Part shown: piece by piece, positions 45,386 through 56,593 of the stretch
Position numbering within the stretch: position 1 is the first letter of the stretch
Layout: each line of letters begins with the position of its first letter
Source of the DNA: Archaeoglobaceae archaeon
Lineage (GTDB): Archaea; Halobacteriota; Archaeoglobi; Archaeoglobales; Archaeoglobaceae
Reading direction: 5' to 3'
Length of the DNA stretch: 64,000 nucleotides
Assembly (NCBI GenBank): GCA_038731605.1
Contig: JAVYQP010000005.1
Location: forward strand, 16,039-80,038
The notes under the pieces: model-generated
The model's database searches: none
What the model was told of the DNA's origin: nothing
Seen by the model: only the letters and a program-made list of their open reading frames with translations
Position numbers and translations under genes: made by a program

Positions 45386-45740
45386 GGCAAACTTTAACGC
45401 AAGCTCCGCAGTGGATGCATTTTTCAGTTCTGAGCTCTATTTTTGAGTCTCCGTTGATGTAAAAGACCTCTGTTGGACAAATGCTCACGCAGAGACCGCA
45501 GTGAACGCAGTCGTCGTTCCTCGCAATCGTCTTTGTTATCTCGTGCAACTCAACTCCCATCTCCGCAATCGCTTTTTCGACTTCCTTCGCTTTCTCATCT
45601 GGGACTTCAACGATTATCTCTCCCCTTCTTGCTCCAACGTCCGCTTTCAGTATGTTTATCAAAGCTCCTGTCTTTATTGCTGTCAGGGATATTATTGGCT
45701 CCCTAACCGTTTTCGCATCAAAGCGCAGAAGGAGAAGCAT
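45357..45740 (-). CDS. NIL-domain / 2x[4Fe-4S] ferredoxin (homocysteine biosynthesis partner, COG2122-like)
   Basis: CVHCGLCVSICP and CIHCGACVKVCP motifs after a NIL-like N-terminus. TGATG overlap with the upstream gene. Confidence 0.75.
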   Translation of the reverse strand: MLLLLRFDAKTVREPIISLTAIKTGALINILKADVGARRGEIIVEVPDEKAKEVEKAIAEMGVELHEITKTIARNDDCVHCGLCVSICPTEVFYINGDSKIELRTEKCIHCGACVKVCPTNALYFPI

Positions 45741-47215
45741 CAGCTCACCCCCATCATCTTGCTTATCGTCTCGCTCGTCACTATGCCCAAGACTTTCCTC
45801 TTCGCATCTATTACAGGTAACGCAGAGATGTCGAACTTCTCGAGCTTCGAGATCGCTATCGCTATCGGATCGTCTGGGAACACGGTTACGACGTCTCTCG
45901 TCATCACTTCGCTCACCCTCTTTGCATGCTTTGTAACAGCTTTTGCTATGTCCCAAGATGTCACGATTCCTTTCAGCGTCCCCTCTTCGTCGACGACTGG
46001 CAAATGGTTCACGTTGTTCTTCACGATAAGCGTTGCAGCTTCCTCTACGCTGAGGTCTTCGGAGATCGTGATCGCTTTAGTCATGAATTCTCTAACAATC
46101 CTGATCTCTTTCTGCTTCATCGGCTTAAAGACCTCGCTCCCCTTTATTCTTTCAACGGGCATGCTGAGGAGGAACTCTCCCTTCTCGATCATTTTCTTCA
46201 GCTCTTTCATTATCTTCTCCGCAATGTAGTAGCTCGACAATGGCGAAACCCTTGCTTCTTGCCCGTTTATCTCGACTTTCCCACTCTTGAGCTCCGCATA
46301 GCTTACTTCTCTCACAACTGGTCTGCTCCTTCTCGCAACGCCAAAGTCGATGATCGTCGTCTTTATCTCGCTATCTCTAATCGCTGTCGCTTTTGCGAGG
46401 TCTGCGTCAAGGATCGGGATTGGAATTCCTATGCCGAGGAATATCGACGGCGCATAGCCCGGGAAGTAGCAAGCCTTGAGGAACTCGGGTCTCATCTCCT
46501 TCAAATTACCCTTGACCATCAGGGTTCCGAAAGGCGGGGAATGTTGCGTCCCCTCGCCAATCACGTAGCCCTTCGCCCCACAGAGGAAGATCCTCGTCCC
46601 GACTCCTATGGTTCTAAACTCTGGGTCGTTGTTCATCGGCGAGATCTCGCCTGTGCCTGCGTAGGTTACGTTTCCATAGTGCGGTAGCAGTGTCCCCATG
46701 TATGTCCTGAGCACTTTGTCCGAGGAGTTCGTTGCTGCTCGATAGCGCTGATATGCGTTCCTCGGATTGATCATCACCGCTTGATTCACGTCTTCAAGCG
46801 AGATCGTGGTCTCTATTTCTTTCCTTGGGTAGCAATCCGTCCCAAACCCAATTGCTCTGAGCTCAACTTCTTTTCCAGAAACGAGCTCCTCGATCACATG
46901 GGCTCCGCCGTAGAATTCCCTCGTCTCCGAGGGCTTGGTTGCGCCGAGGAATGCATCGACTGCTGCAAGCCCGGCGTAGGCTTCAACGTCATTTAGCCAG
47001 ACTTTTTTGAACTTTATTGGTGGATCTGCATGACCAAAGTTGAAAATCGCTCCGGTGGAGCACATCGCCCCAAAAGTTCCAGTTGTTACGACGTCCACTT
47101 CTTTCGCAGCTTTTTCCGCACCCATCTGCGAGACTATCTCCTTCATCTCCTTTGCTGTAACAACAACGACGTCGCCTTTGCGGATCTTTGCGTTTATCTC
47201 CTCTACGGTCTTCAT
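45740..47215 (-). CDS. Homocysteine biosynthesis protein (COG1900/DUF39 domain plus two CBS domains)
   Basis: N-terminal VVTTGTFGAMCSTGA region and a C-terminal CBS pair (HLPVVDEEGTLKGIVT, ALPVIDAKRKVLGIVT). Confidence 0.8.
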   Translation of the reverse strand: MKTVEEINAKIRKGDVVVVTAKEMKEIVSQMGAEKAAKEVDVVTTGTFGAMCSTGAIFNFGHADPPIKFKKVWLNDVEAYAGLAAVDAFLGATKPSETREFYGGAHVIEELVSGKEVELRAIGFGTDCYPRKEIETTISLEDVNQAVMINPRNAYQRYRAATNSSDKVLRTYMGTLLPHYGNVTYAGTGEISPMNNDPEFRTIGVGTRIFLCGAKGYVIGEGTQHSPPFGTLMVKGNLKEMRPEFLKACYFPGYAPSIFLGIGIPIPILDADLAKATAIRDSEIKTTIIDFGVARRSRPVVREVSYAELKSGKVEINGQEARVSPLSSYYIAEKIMKELKKMIEKGEFLLSMPVERIKGSEVFKPMKQKEIRIVREFMTKAITISEDLSVEEAATLIVKNNVNHLPVVDEEGTLKGIVTSWDIAKAVTKHAKRVSEVMTRDVVTVFPDDPIAIAISKLEKFDISALPVIDAKRKVLGIVTSETISKMMGVS

Positions 47216-47341
47216 AGCCCATGAAGCTCAGCTGAGTATATAAATCTTTGGAAAGTTTAACATTGTGAATATTCCATATGTTCATACACTGAAACGTGCT
47301 TGGATTTTGGAAAATAAGCAGAAATGAGCAAATCTTGAAGC

Positions 47342-48538
47342 TCAATACTCGGGATCGAAGCAAATCGAGTAGAAGACTTTCGCATCCTCGACCATGTTGT
47401 CGATCACGCAATACTCGTTTGGTTTATGCGCAGTTCCATCTGCGGTGCACCAGGCTACGGTTTCCTTAAACCCAGCGTTTCTCAGGAAAGAGGCGCACGT
47501 GTTTCCCCCTATTCCTATGAACCTTGTCTTTACTCTCCGGAGCTTTTCTATCGTTTTTGAAAGCCTTGTTGCGATCTCGGAGTTCTCTGGAGTCTTAGGA
47601 GAACTGAAAGCCTGCAAAACGTTGACGTTTATTTTCTCGTTGTCTCTGATCTCGTGAAATCTCCTCACGTTTTCGATGAACTCCAGAACCTCTTCGAGTC
47701 TATAGTCTGGGATTATCCTGCAGTCCATGTAGCTCACATCAATTCCGGGGATCGTGTTTATGTTGTCCACGTTTTTCTCCCTTTTCGTCGGCTCAAAAGT
47801 TGAGTGAGGCGGGTTGAAGAGGTCGTTCTTGGCGTTGAACTTCGTGTGCAACTTCTCGTCGAGATCGAGGATGAACTTCATCGCCCTTCGTGATGCGTTC
47901 ATCTGTGGCAAACTTGCGTGCGATTGCTTCCCGTAGACTTCGAACTTAAGCCAGAGGATGCTTTTCTCCGCAATCTCTATCGCATCTCCTCTCTGCGAGC
48001 CTACATCGGGAACTATGAACATGTCCTCCTTCGAAAAGACGTCTTTGCTCAGCAAGAACTTTATCCCATGGTTGCTACCGCTCTCCTCATCTGAAACAAA
48101 TACGAGCCCGAAGTTGAACTTCGGCTTCGATCCAGATTCGATTATCGCCTTCCCAGCAAAGAGCGATGAAACTATGCTTTGCCCATTGTCCTCGCTACCT
48201 CTGCCGTAGACTCTCCCACCCTCGACCACCGCTTTAAATGGCGGAGTCCTCCAGAGCTTTTCGTCGCCCTCGGGAACGACGTCTAAGTGGGAAACTATCC
48301 AGATCGTTCTGTCCACGACTCCTTTGATCTTTGCAACGATGTTCGGTCTCGTTCCAACCCTCTCGTCCTTTGCATCAAAGCGTTGCACGTCGTCGAATTC
48401 CTTGAGATAATCCATCAGGAATTCTGCCTTCTCGTTCTCTCCCTCTCCACCAAAATCTGGGGAAATTGCTTTGATTTCTATGAGCTTCGAGAGCACTTTT
48501 ACCATCTCGTCCCTTTTCTTCTCTATTTCTCTGAGCAT
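47342..48538 (-). CDS. M20-family metallopeptidase (ArgE/DapE/acetylornithine deacetylase-like)
   Basis: VSHLDVVPEG, GRGSEDNG, FVSDEESG. Confidence 0.75.
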   Translation of the reverse strand: MLREIEKKRDEMVKVLSKLIEIKAISPDFGGEGENEKAEFLMDYLKEFDDVQRFDAKDERVGTRPNIVAKIKGVVDRTIWIVSHLDVVPEGDEKLWRTPPFKAVVEGGRVYGRGSEDNGQSIVSSLFAGKAIIESGSKPKFNFGLVFVSDEESGSNHGIKFLLSKDVFSKEDMFIVPDVGSQRGDAIEIAEKSILWLKFEVYGKQSHASLPQMNASRRAMKFILDLDEKLHTKFNAKNDLFNPPHSTFEPTKREKNVDNINTIPGIDVSYMDCRIIPDYRLEEVLEFIENVRRFHEIRDNEKINVNVLQAFSSPKTPENSEIATRLSKTIEKLRRVKTRFIGIGGNTCASFLRNAGFKETVAWCTADGTAHKPNEYCVIDNMVEDAKVFYSICFDPEY

Positions 48539-49011
48539 ATGATCTCCTCCACCTTTCTCTTCATCTCCTTCGCCTCTTCCAGCACAATCGCATCCTTTGT
48601 TGTCGAGATCAGCATCTCGAGTTCTGCGAGAATGGGGGCGAGGGAATAGAAATCTTTTTGTTCATTCTCAAAAATTCTCTTTAGCGCATCAAGTCTGAAC
48701 TCCGCAACGATGTCCCTCTCCAAGAGTTTCTTCAGGTCTCTAAGAGCCATCGCTATCCTTTTTCCGTAATCCGTGAGCCTCACGACCCTCGTCCTACCTT
48801 CGAGTTTGCTCTCTATGAGACAAAATCTTTCGAACTCGCCAAGAACCTTCGAAACGTAGCTGTATGGGGAGCTTAGGAGATTCGAGATGCCAAGGGGGTA
48901 TATTTTTTCTCCCTTCTCCTCGAAATCCAAAATCGTGAGCAAGATCTCGACCGCTTTTTCGTGGAGGAAAAGCTTACACAACATCCCATCCCCCAAAGTA
49001 GCTTCCACCAA
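48523..49011 (-). CDS. Winged-helix transcriptional regulator (putative)
   Basis: ISNLLSSPYSYVSKVLGEFERFCLIESKLEGRTRVVRLTDYG resembles a wHTH. The start is uncertain (ATG at 48984 is possible). Confidence 0.45.
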   Translation of the reverse strand: MVEATLGDGMLCKLFLHEKAVEILLTILDFEEKGEKIYPLGISNLLSSPYSYVSKVLGEFERFCLIESKLEGRTRVVRLTDYGKRIAMALRDLKKLLERDIVAEFRLDALKRIFENEQKDFYSLAPILAELEMLISTTKDAIVLEEAKEMKRKVEEIICSEK

Positions 49012-49852
49012 CGTTTTTAAAGCTACTGCTCAGATGTCTACCGTCGCAACTCTCAGCCCTGAATGCTATACCCTCTCTACAAAATCCGCAACTTATCCCA
49101 AGAGACTCGCAGAACTGCTCAACTTTTTTGAGCAGACGCATCCTCAAATCGCTCCGAAGATAGTAGTAGCTCCCTATTTTGTCCCCTTCCTCAAAATACA
49201 GCTTTTCGAGCGCTGGAGCGAGCCAGGGCATCGTTTCGGTTATCCTCTTATATGAGTCAAACCTAAGCTTTAGCGTCGAAGTTACAACGTGCTCCGGATC
49301 GCAGAGCTCGATTATCTCGAGTCGTGAATCGTTGACGAATGGAACGATCGGATCAAACCTCAGCACCGAGGGAACGATGTCTCGGATCTCTTTAAACGCC
49401 TCGATCCTTTCTTCCGTTGAGGGTGCAAACTTCTCGAGCTTATCACAACCCGTGATCGTCATGCTGACGACGCAGTCCATCTCAGAGATTATGTCGAGAT
49501 CACGAACGACGATATCGCTTTTTGTTACTATCAGCAGTTTCACGTTGTATTCTCGAAAGAGCTGAAGACATCTCCTCGTAAGTTTCTTTTCCCTCTCCAT
49601 CGGGGGATAAGGGTCTGAGCTGTTCGACATAGAAACGAGAACGTTGCTATCAAGCTCTTTTAGATCTCTCTCCAGTCTCCTCAGCAAATCTTTTTTTTCT
49701 CTAACTTCCCAAAATCTCGGAATGTATGTTGCGTAACAGTAATCGCAACGGTGTGCACAGCCTGTGTATGGGTTAAAAGACATCTTCTCTCCACAAGTGC
49801 AGAGCTCTGACTTCCATGGGTCGAACGGTTTCAGGACTCTGAGTTGCTTCAC
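48974..49852 (-). CDS. Radical SAM protein (SplB / DNA-photolyase-like COG1533 type)
   Basis: GCAHRCDYCYA cluster motif near the N-terminus. Confidence 0.7.
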   Translation of the reverse strand: MKQLRVLKPFDPWKSELCTCGEKMSFNPYTGCAHRCDYCYATYIPRFWEVREKKDLLRRLERDLKELDSNVLVSMSNSSDPYPPMEREKKLTRRCLQLFREYNVKLLIVTKSDIVVRDLDIISEMDCVVSMTITGCDKLEKFAPSTEERIEAFKEIRDIVPSVLRFDPIVPFVNDSRLEIIELCDPEHVVTSTLKLRFDSYKRITETMPWLAPALEKLYFEEGDKIGSYYYLRSDLRMRLLKKVEQFCESLGISCGFCREGIAFRAESCDGRHLSSSFKNVGGSYFGGWDVV

Positions 49853-49985
49853 TTTGATTCATCGAGCGAAGGAGATTAAAAAGTCTTTCTGGTGTTGCTC
49901 GTGATAACTCTAAGCTCCTCACGCTTAGGAGTCTCGAGCTAAGGAGTCGAGGCAAAAACCTAATTTTTAAAAAACAACATGTGTT

Positions 49986-51583
<1,598 letters not shown>

Positions 51584-51659
51584 TTTTTTGCCTTTTAGCT
51601 GTTTTGCCCTCGTTTTCTGGTGTTGACAAAGAATATATTCATCCAGCGAGGCGAGCTCC

Positions 51660-52571
51660 ATGGAACTGATAAGGCTCATCAAGGGTTGCAGGAAAAAGAA
51701 GGCGCTTGTTTTCGGAATTGGCGGTGGGGGAGACATAGTTAGCACGATTCCGGTTGCAAACTTTCTAAGGCTTTTCGAATTCGAGGTGATTCACGGCGGA
51801 GTTATGTGGGATCGGCTGATCTTAGACCCAAAACCCGGTCCGAGGAGCGTTGAGGAGCTTTTAAACGCTGAAAAATTTGCGGAGACGATTGCGATCATAG
51901 GGGAAGAAACCAGGACGTTCGATGGTATTAAACCGAATCTTGCAAGGTCTGCAAAGTTCTTTGGAAGAGTTGTTGGGCTCGATATAACCAAAGGTGTGCG
52001 AAAACTGCAAAGGGATTTGGAGGAGTTTATAGAAACAGAGAGCATAGGACTTCTTGTTGGTGTCGACGCTGGAGGGGATGCGATCTCTGTCGGCTACGAG
52101 TCAGGGGTTAGAAGTCCTTTGGCAGATGCGATGAGCGTTGCTCTGCTCAGCGAACTCGACGGTTTGGTTGCAGTAACTGGATTTGGAAGCGACGGGGAGC
52201 TGAAAATCGAGGAACTTATGCTCAACATCTCCGAAATCATGCGTATCCATGGCTTCCTTGGTTGCTCGTCGCTGAGCGATGAAGACTGCGCAGAGATGGA
52301 GAGGGTTTGCGAACACGTTGTCACCGAAGCGAGCAAGATCCCAATTCTCGCATACCGTGGAGAGTTTGGATTGAAGAAGATAAGGAAAGGGAGAACCGTT
52401 CTTATAACCCCCATATCTGCACTCATTCTCTATTTCAAAGCAAAAGCGGTGATGGAAGTTAACGAGTCCGCAAAGCTCGTTCTCAACGCAGACAGCATCG
52501 AATCTGCAAATCGGATACTGAACAAAAACGGAATAATCACTGAGCTCGACTACGAAAGAATTGTCAGCTAA
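51660..52571 (+). CDS. Hypothetical protein (DUF1152-like)
   Basis: FGIGGGGDIV and GVDAGGDAI Gly-rich motifs. The family name is from memory only. Confidence 0.4.
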   Translation: MELIRLIKGCRKKKALVFGIGGGGDIVSTIPVANFLRLFEFEVIHGGVMWDRLILDPKPGPRSVEELLNAEKFAETIAIIGEETRTFDGIKPNLARSAKFFGRVVGLDITKGVRKLQRDLEEFIETESIGLLVGVDAGGDAISVGYESGVRSPLADAMSVALLSELDGLVAVTGFGSDGELKIEELMLNISEIMRIHGFLGCSSLSDEDCAEMERVCEHVVTEASKIPILAYRGEFGLKKIRKGRTVLITPISALILYFKAKAVMEVNESAKLVLNADSIESANRILNKNGIITELDYERIVS

Positions 52572-53200
52572 TATATGTCGTCCAGACCCATTATCTCTTC
52601 TTCTATGGAGCTATCCAGATCGAAATCCTCGCTTTCTTCTGTTATCTCTGTCTCCTCTCTCAGTTTTTGAAGCGCCATGATGACCATTTCCTTGTATTCT
52701 TCGAGGTTGGTGTTGTATTTCTCCTTTGCGAGCTTTGCAAGCTCGTTGTCGCTGTTCATGAGCTCAATTCTCTTCAGCGTCGCCTTCGCAGTTTCAAGGA
52801 TCCAATAGTCTCGGGTCTCGAAATCGGAAACAACAATGCTTTCTGGTCTGATAAAAGGAATCGCTCTCTCGTCTCGTTGCAGTAGCTTTGCCTTCGCTGT
52901 TATCGCAACCGTCGATGGAACGTCGATCTCCACAAGCGCCTCCTTTGCATCTGGGTCGAATTTTCCAATGAAGCCAAGAAAGGATCCAGTGGGATCTGCG
53001 ACTCTTATCCTCAAAACATCCTCGTTCCTCGTTTCCTCCTTTTCGAGGAGGGCTCCAACGATAAAAACACGGTTGCATTTGAGTCCCAAAGGCGTTAAAA
53101 CGTAAGCCGGCTCTCTCTCGGCCTCTCCGCCTATCTTGAATTTCGAATCGTTGAACTCCTTCGCAAAAACTCTCCTTGCGACTTCTCTTCTCGGTCTCAA
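52568..53200 (-). CDS. RPA-associated OB-fold protein (COG3390-like)
   Basis: The OB-like core VFIVGALLEKEE...IRVADPTGSF lies directly downstream of the RPA gene with an ATGA-type overlap. Confidence 0.5.
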   Translation of the reverse strand: MRPRREVARRVFAKEFNDSKFKIGGEAEREPAYVLTPLGLKCNRVFIVGALLEKEETRNEDVLRIRVADPTGSFLGFIGKFDPDAKEALVEIDVPSTVAITAKAKLLQRDERAIPFIRPESIVVSDFETRDYWILETAKATLKRIELMNSDNELAKLAKEKYNTNLEEYKEMVIMALQKLREETEITEESEDFDLDSSIEEEIMGLDDIY

Positions 53201-54123
53201 GCTTTCACCTCTGCGAGCAACTTTTCAACCTCCTTCGAAACCTTCGCCTTCAGAAACTCTGCACTCTTCACGTTTATCGTGCTCAGTCGGATTTCGCCTG
53301 AAACTCGTAGATATCTGCCGAGCAACTTCCTTTTTAGTTCGCTGAGAACGATGCCTCGGTCTAAGTGCTCGAATGCGAGCTTTTTGGCAGTTGCAAGATC
53401 GAGATCCGTGAGCGATTTTATTGCGTTCTCGCTGAACTCGACGTCGTAAGTCTTCTCCCCGTCGTCAAGAACTCCACGGAGTCGGAGGACTTCGGTTGTC
53501 TCGACTTTTCCGTGTTCTTTGCATATTCCCGCTTTTGTTATCCTCCCGCAGTTTTTGCAAACCTGCACGAGTCCACTGTTTGGAGAAATCGAAACCAAGG
53601 CTCCAACAGCTTCGATCTCGCCCCCCTCGCTTACATCTATCTCCTCATCGATCTCCTTAACTTCGCTTATGCTCGTGACCTTCACGCTCTTAACTCCAGC
53701 AAACTCGTCGACAACGACCTTCTCGAACAGGTAGCATTTGTTCTCCTCAACCCTTCCTTTCCCAGATTTTGCCCATATCACGAACCTCGCAGTCCCAGTC
53801 TCGTCCCCTATGACCCCCCACTGCGCTATGGAGGCGTTTGTAGCGTTCCAGAGCTGAAGGACTTTTGCCTTCACACTTACCCACTTCCCCGGCTCAAGCT
53901 CCGAAATCTTTGTCAGAGGGTAACGTAAGGACTCTCTTGAGATATCGAATTCTCTCCGCAATCCGTTGATCACAGTTCTTCTCGCTTCTTCTTCAGGAAC
54001 TTTGAACTCAAAAATGAGCAGTTTGAGCCTTTTCTCGATATCCGACTTCTTTACGCCATGCTCTTTGAAAAGCTCGTAGATCTCATCCACGATTTTTGAG
54101 ATTTTATCCATGTCCTTAGTCAA
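53197..54123 (-). CDS. rpa: Replication protein A (single-stranded DNA-binding, OB fold plus zinc finger)
   Basis: ISELEPGKWVSVKAKVLQLW...GVIGDETGTARF OB-fold signature and a CKNCGR...CKEHG zinc finger. Confidence 0.7.
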   Translation of the reverse strand: MTKDMDKISKIVDEIYELFKEHGVKKSDIEKRLKLLIFEFKVPEEEARRTVINGLRREFDISRESLRYPLTKISELEPGKWVSVKAKVLQLWNATNASIAQWGVIGDETGTARFVIWAKSGKGRVEENKCYLFEKVVVDEFAGVKSVKVTSISEVKEIDEEIDVSEGGEIEAVGALVSISPNSGLVQVCKNCGRITKAGICKEHGKVETTEVLRLRGVLDDGEKTYDVEFSENAIKSLTDLDLATAKKLAFEHLDRGIVLSELKRKLLGRYLRVSGEIRLSTINVKSAEFLKAKVSKEVEKLLAEVKA

Positions 54124-54183
54124 ACGATTGCTTAAAAAACGTTTGCTCCGTCGTTTCCTATGCAGAAAAGAATTAAATAAAGC

Positions 54184-54777
54184 TCAGAGCTCCGCTTCGA
54201 AGTCCTCTACGGTGTATGGGAAATCCTCTCCTCTCGCCTTCTTTATTTCCCTTGCTATTAGCCAATAGATGAGCGCTAAGGCTTTTCTCCCTTTGTTGTT
54301 CGTCGGTATTATCAAGTCGATGTCTGCGGTCGAGTTGTTCGTGTCGCAAAGTGCGATCACGGGAATTCCGATCTTCGTCGCTTCCGCAATCGCCTGTTTA
54401 TCGATCGCTGGATCGTTGACGAAGACGATCTCGGGTTCGACGTATTCCTTGAGGTTCGGGTTTGTGAGTGTTCCGGGAACAAAGCGATCAACGATGTAGC
54501 TCGTTCCCACGATCTCCGAGAACTTCTTTACTGGTTTCTGCGCATACTGCCTCGCTGCAACGAGCAAAATCTTGGACGGCTCGTATCGAAGCAGAAGCTT
54601 GACACAAGCTCTGATCCTCTGATCCAATTTTTTGATGTCCAAGATGTATAGCCCATCCTGGCGAACCTTGAATATGAACTCTCTCATGTCCCCTGTTTTG
54701 ATCTGCGTCCCTATGTGGACTCCCGCTGCCAAGTATTCCTCGGGCGGTATGAGGTATTCGTATTCGACTTCCATCAT
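54184..54777 (-). CDS. rps2: 30S ribosomal protein uS2
   Basis: [28 protein letters not shown]. Confidence 0.9.
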   Translation of the reverse strand: MMEVEYEYLIPPEEYLAAGVHIGTQIKTGDMREFIFKVRQDGLYILDIKKLDQRIRACVKLLLRYEPSKILLVAARQYAQKPVKKFSEIVGTSYIVDRFVPGTLTNPNLKEYVEPEIVFVNDPAIDKQAIAEATKIGIPVIALCDTNNSTADIDLIIPTNNKGRKALALIYWLIAREIKKARGEDFPYTVEDFEAEL

Positions 54778-55970
54778 ATTCTCACCATCCTTGCATCGAG
54801 CATTTCCTCAATCCTAATCATTTCGTTTAGCTTGGCAATCCTTTCGCCACCAACAACGCCAGTCTTTATTAGTTTTGCGTTGAAGGCAACCGCCAAGTGT
54901 GCTAAGTAGTTGTCTTCAGTTTCTCCACTCCTGTGGCTTACGACAATATCGAAACCACCACTTCTCGCTATCTTAACAGCTTTAAACGTATCTGTAAGCG
55001 TTCCAACTTGGTTGGGCTTCACGAGGAGAGCATTTCCAGCCTTCATCTCCACAGCCTTCTCGACTCTTTTCCAATTCGTAACGAAGATGTCATCCCCACA
55101 AACCATGCAGTCCACGGACTTCGTAAGCTCAGCAAAGCCCTCAAAGTCTTCCTCGTGTAGAGGATCTTCAACGTATAGGAGATCATATTTTTCAACGAGC
55201 TCCGCAACAAAGCTTATCTGCTCGGCTTTATCGAGCTCTTTTCCCTTGTAAACGTATTTTTCCCCATTCCAAAGCTCACTCGATGCGAAGTCGAGACCGA
55301 TGCGAACCTTAGTTCCATTCTCTTTCTCGACTTTCTCGATAGCCTTTGTTAAGATCTCGAAAGCGGTCTCGTCGCTTATCTTCGCAGCCCATGCACCTTC
55401 GTCGCCCTTCGCAGTGAAGATCCCCTTAGACTTCAGGAGGTTTCCGACTTCTCTGTGAACCTCCGCATTGATCCTTTGCGCCTCAAAAAAGCTCTTTGCT
55501 CCCACTGGGATAACGAGAAATTCCTGAATGCTCGTAGAACCTTCTGCGTGCTTACCTCCGCCGATCACGTTCCCAAGGGGGTAGGGGAGCTCTTTGGCAA
55601 AAGCTCCGCCAAGGTAAGTGCATAAGGGGACTCCGAGGATTAGAGATGCGCATTTCGCTACTGCGATGCTCGCAGAAACTGCGAAGTTTGCGCCGATGTT
55701 TGCGAAGTTCTCTGTGCCGTCGACTTCACGCAACGCCTCATCAATTGCCACTTGATCGAACACGCTCAGCCCTATGAGGGCTTTAGAAACCTTCTCTTCT
55801 ATCTCTTTTAGCTTTCTTGGGCTTACAACAATCGCTTCGTGCGTCCCCGTTGACGCCCCGCTCGGAGCTGAAGCGATCGCAATGTAGCCTTCGCTCTCGA
55901 CTTCGCACTCCACTGTCTCCTTCCCCCTACTGTCAAATACTATGCGATACCGGAGATCCTCTACTATCAA
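54774..55970 (-). CDS. eno: Enolase
   Basis: [34 protein letters not shown]. The TTG start is preceded by GGTGATCC. Confidence 0.85.
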   Translation of the reverse strand: MIVEDLRYRIVFDSRGKETVECEVESEGYIAIASAPSGASTGTHEAIVVSPRKLKEIEEKVSKALIGLSVFDQVAIDEALREVDGTENFANIGANFAVSASIAVAKCASLILGVPLCTYLGGAFAKELPYPLGNVIGGGKHAEGSTSIQEFLVIPVGAKSFFEAQRINAEVHREVGNLLKSKGIFTAKGDEGAWAAKISDETAFEILTKAIEKVEKENGTKVRIGLDFASSELWNGEKYVYKGKELDKAEQISFVAELVEKYDLLYVEDPLHEEDFEGFAELTKSVDCMVCGDDIFVTNWKRVEKAVEMKAGNALLVKPNQVGTLTDTFKAVKIARSGGFDIVVSHRSGETEDNYLAHLAVAFNAKLIKTGVVGGERIAKLNEMIRIEEMLDARMVRI

Positions 55971-55979
55971 GGGATCACC

Positions 55980-56207
55980 TCAAAACGCATCGTGTTTTTC
56001 GAGCCAGACAAATCTATTCGCCCTCCTCTTTACGGTTATCGGAATAACACCTTTTTCAAACTCCTCGATCGCTATCTCGATCGGATCGGTCTTGTCCGTT
56101 TCAATCAAAACTGGCGCTCCCATCGCTATTTGCAACGCCCTTGCTCCAATTATCCGGGCTTTTTCAAACCTCGTATACCTGAACGGGAAATCTTTAATGC
56201 CCATCAC
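55980..56207 (-). CDS. rpoK: DNA-directed RNA polymerase subunit K (Rpo6)
   Basis: [22 protein letters not shown] signature. 75 aa. Conserved rpoK-eno-rps2 order. Confidence 0.85.
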   Translation of the reverse strand: MMGIKDFPFRYTRFEKARIIGARALQIAMGAPVLIETDKTDPIEIAIEEFEKGVIPITVKRRANRFVWLEKHDAF

Positions 56208-56212
56208 CCCTC

Positions 56213-56289
<77 letters not shown>

Positions 56290-56356
56290 CTTAAAAGCGA
56301 AGGCTAATCGGTATAAAAACTTTGAGATCACCGAAAGCTTTTTATGCACTGGAAAT

Positions 56357-56372
56357 TTTAGGTTAACCTAAA
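56357..56372. promoter_or_regulatory. Perfect 16-bp palindrome TTTAGGTTAACCTAAA overlapping the feoA start (candidate metal-regulator operator)
   Basis: Read directly from the sequence. Its half-sites equal the TTAGGTTA / TAACCTAA halves of the DtxR/IdeR consensus. A TATA-like CTTTTTATG lies about 20 nt upstream. Confidence 0.4.
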
Positions 56373-56593
56373 TGGTGACCACCTTAGATTCTGCGGAAGG
56401 GAAAGTGAGGATAATGGGGATCGTTGGAGGAAAAGGATTCGTTCGGAGACTTGCGGATATGGGGCTAATGCCGGGAAAGGTTGTTGAAGTGGTGAGCAAA
56501 GGTCCACCGATCGTTGTTAGGGTCATGGACTCAGAGATCGCAATTGGGCGTGGAATTGCGAAGAAGATTTTGGTTGAGGTTTTGAATGGATAG
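56372..56593 (+). CDS. feoA: Ferrous iron transport protein A
   Basis: 73 aa. SH3-like FeoA pattern (RRLADMGLMPGKVVEVV...IAIGRGIA). Confidence 0.8.
   Translation: MVTTLDSAEGKVRIMGIVGGKGFVRRLADMGLMPGKVVEVVSKGPPIVVRVMDSEIAIGRGIAKKILVEVLNG

Noticed and set aside
45501-46687. 242-aa and 253-aa plus-strand ORFs
   Set aside because: Both are antisense to the COG1900/CBS and NIL-ferredoxin genes, which have clear motifs. They are shadow ORFs.
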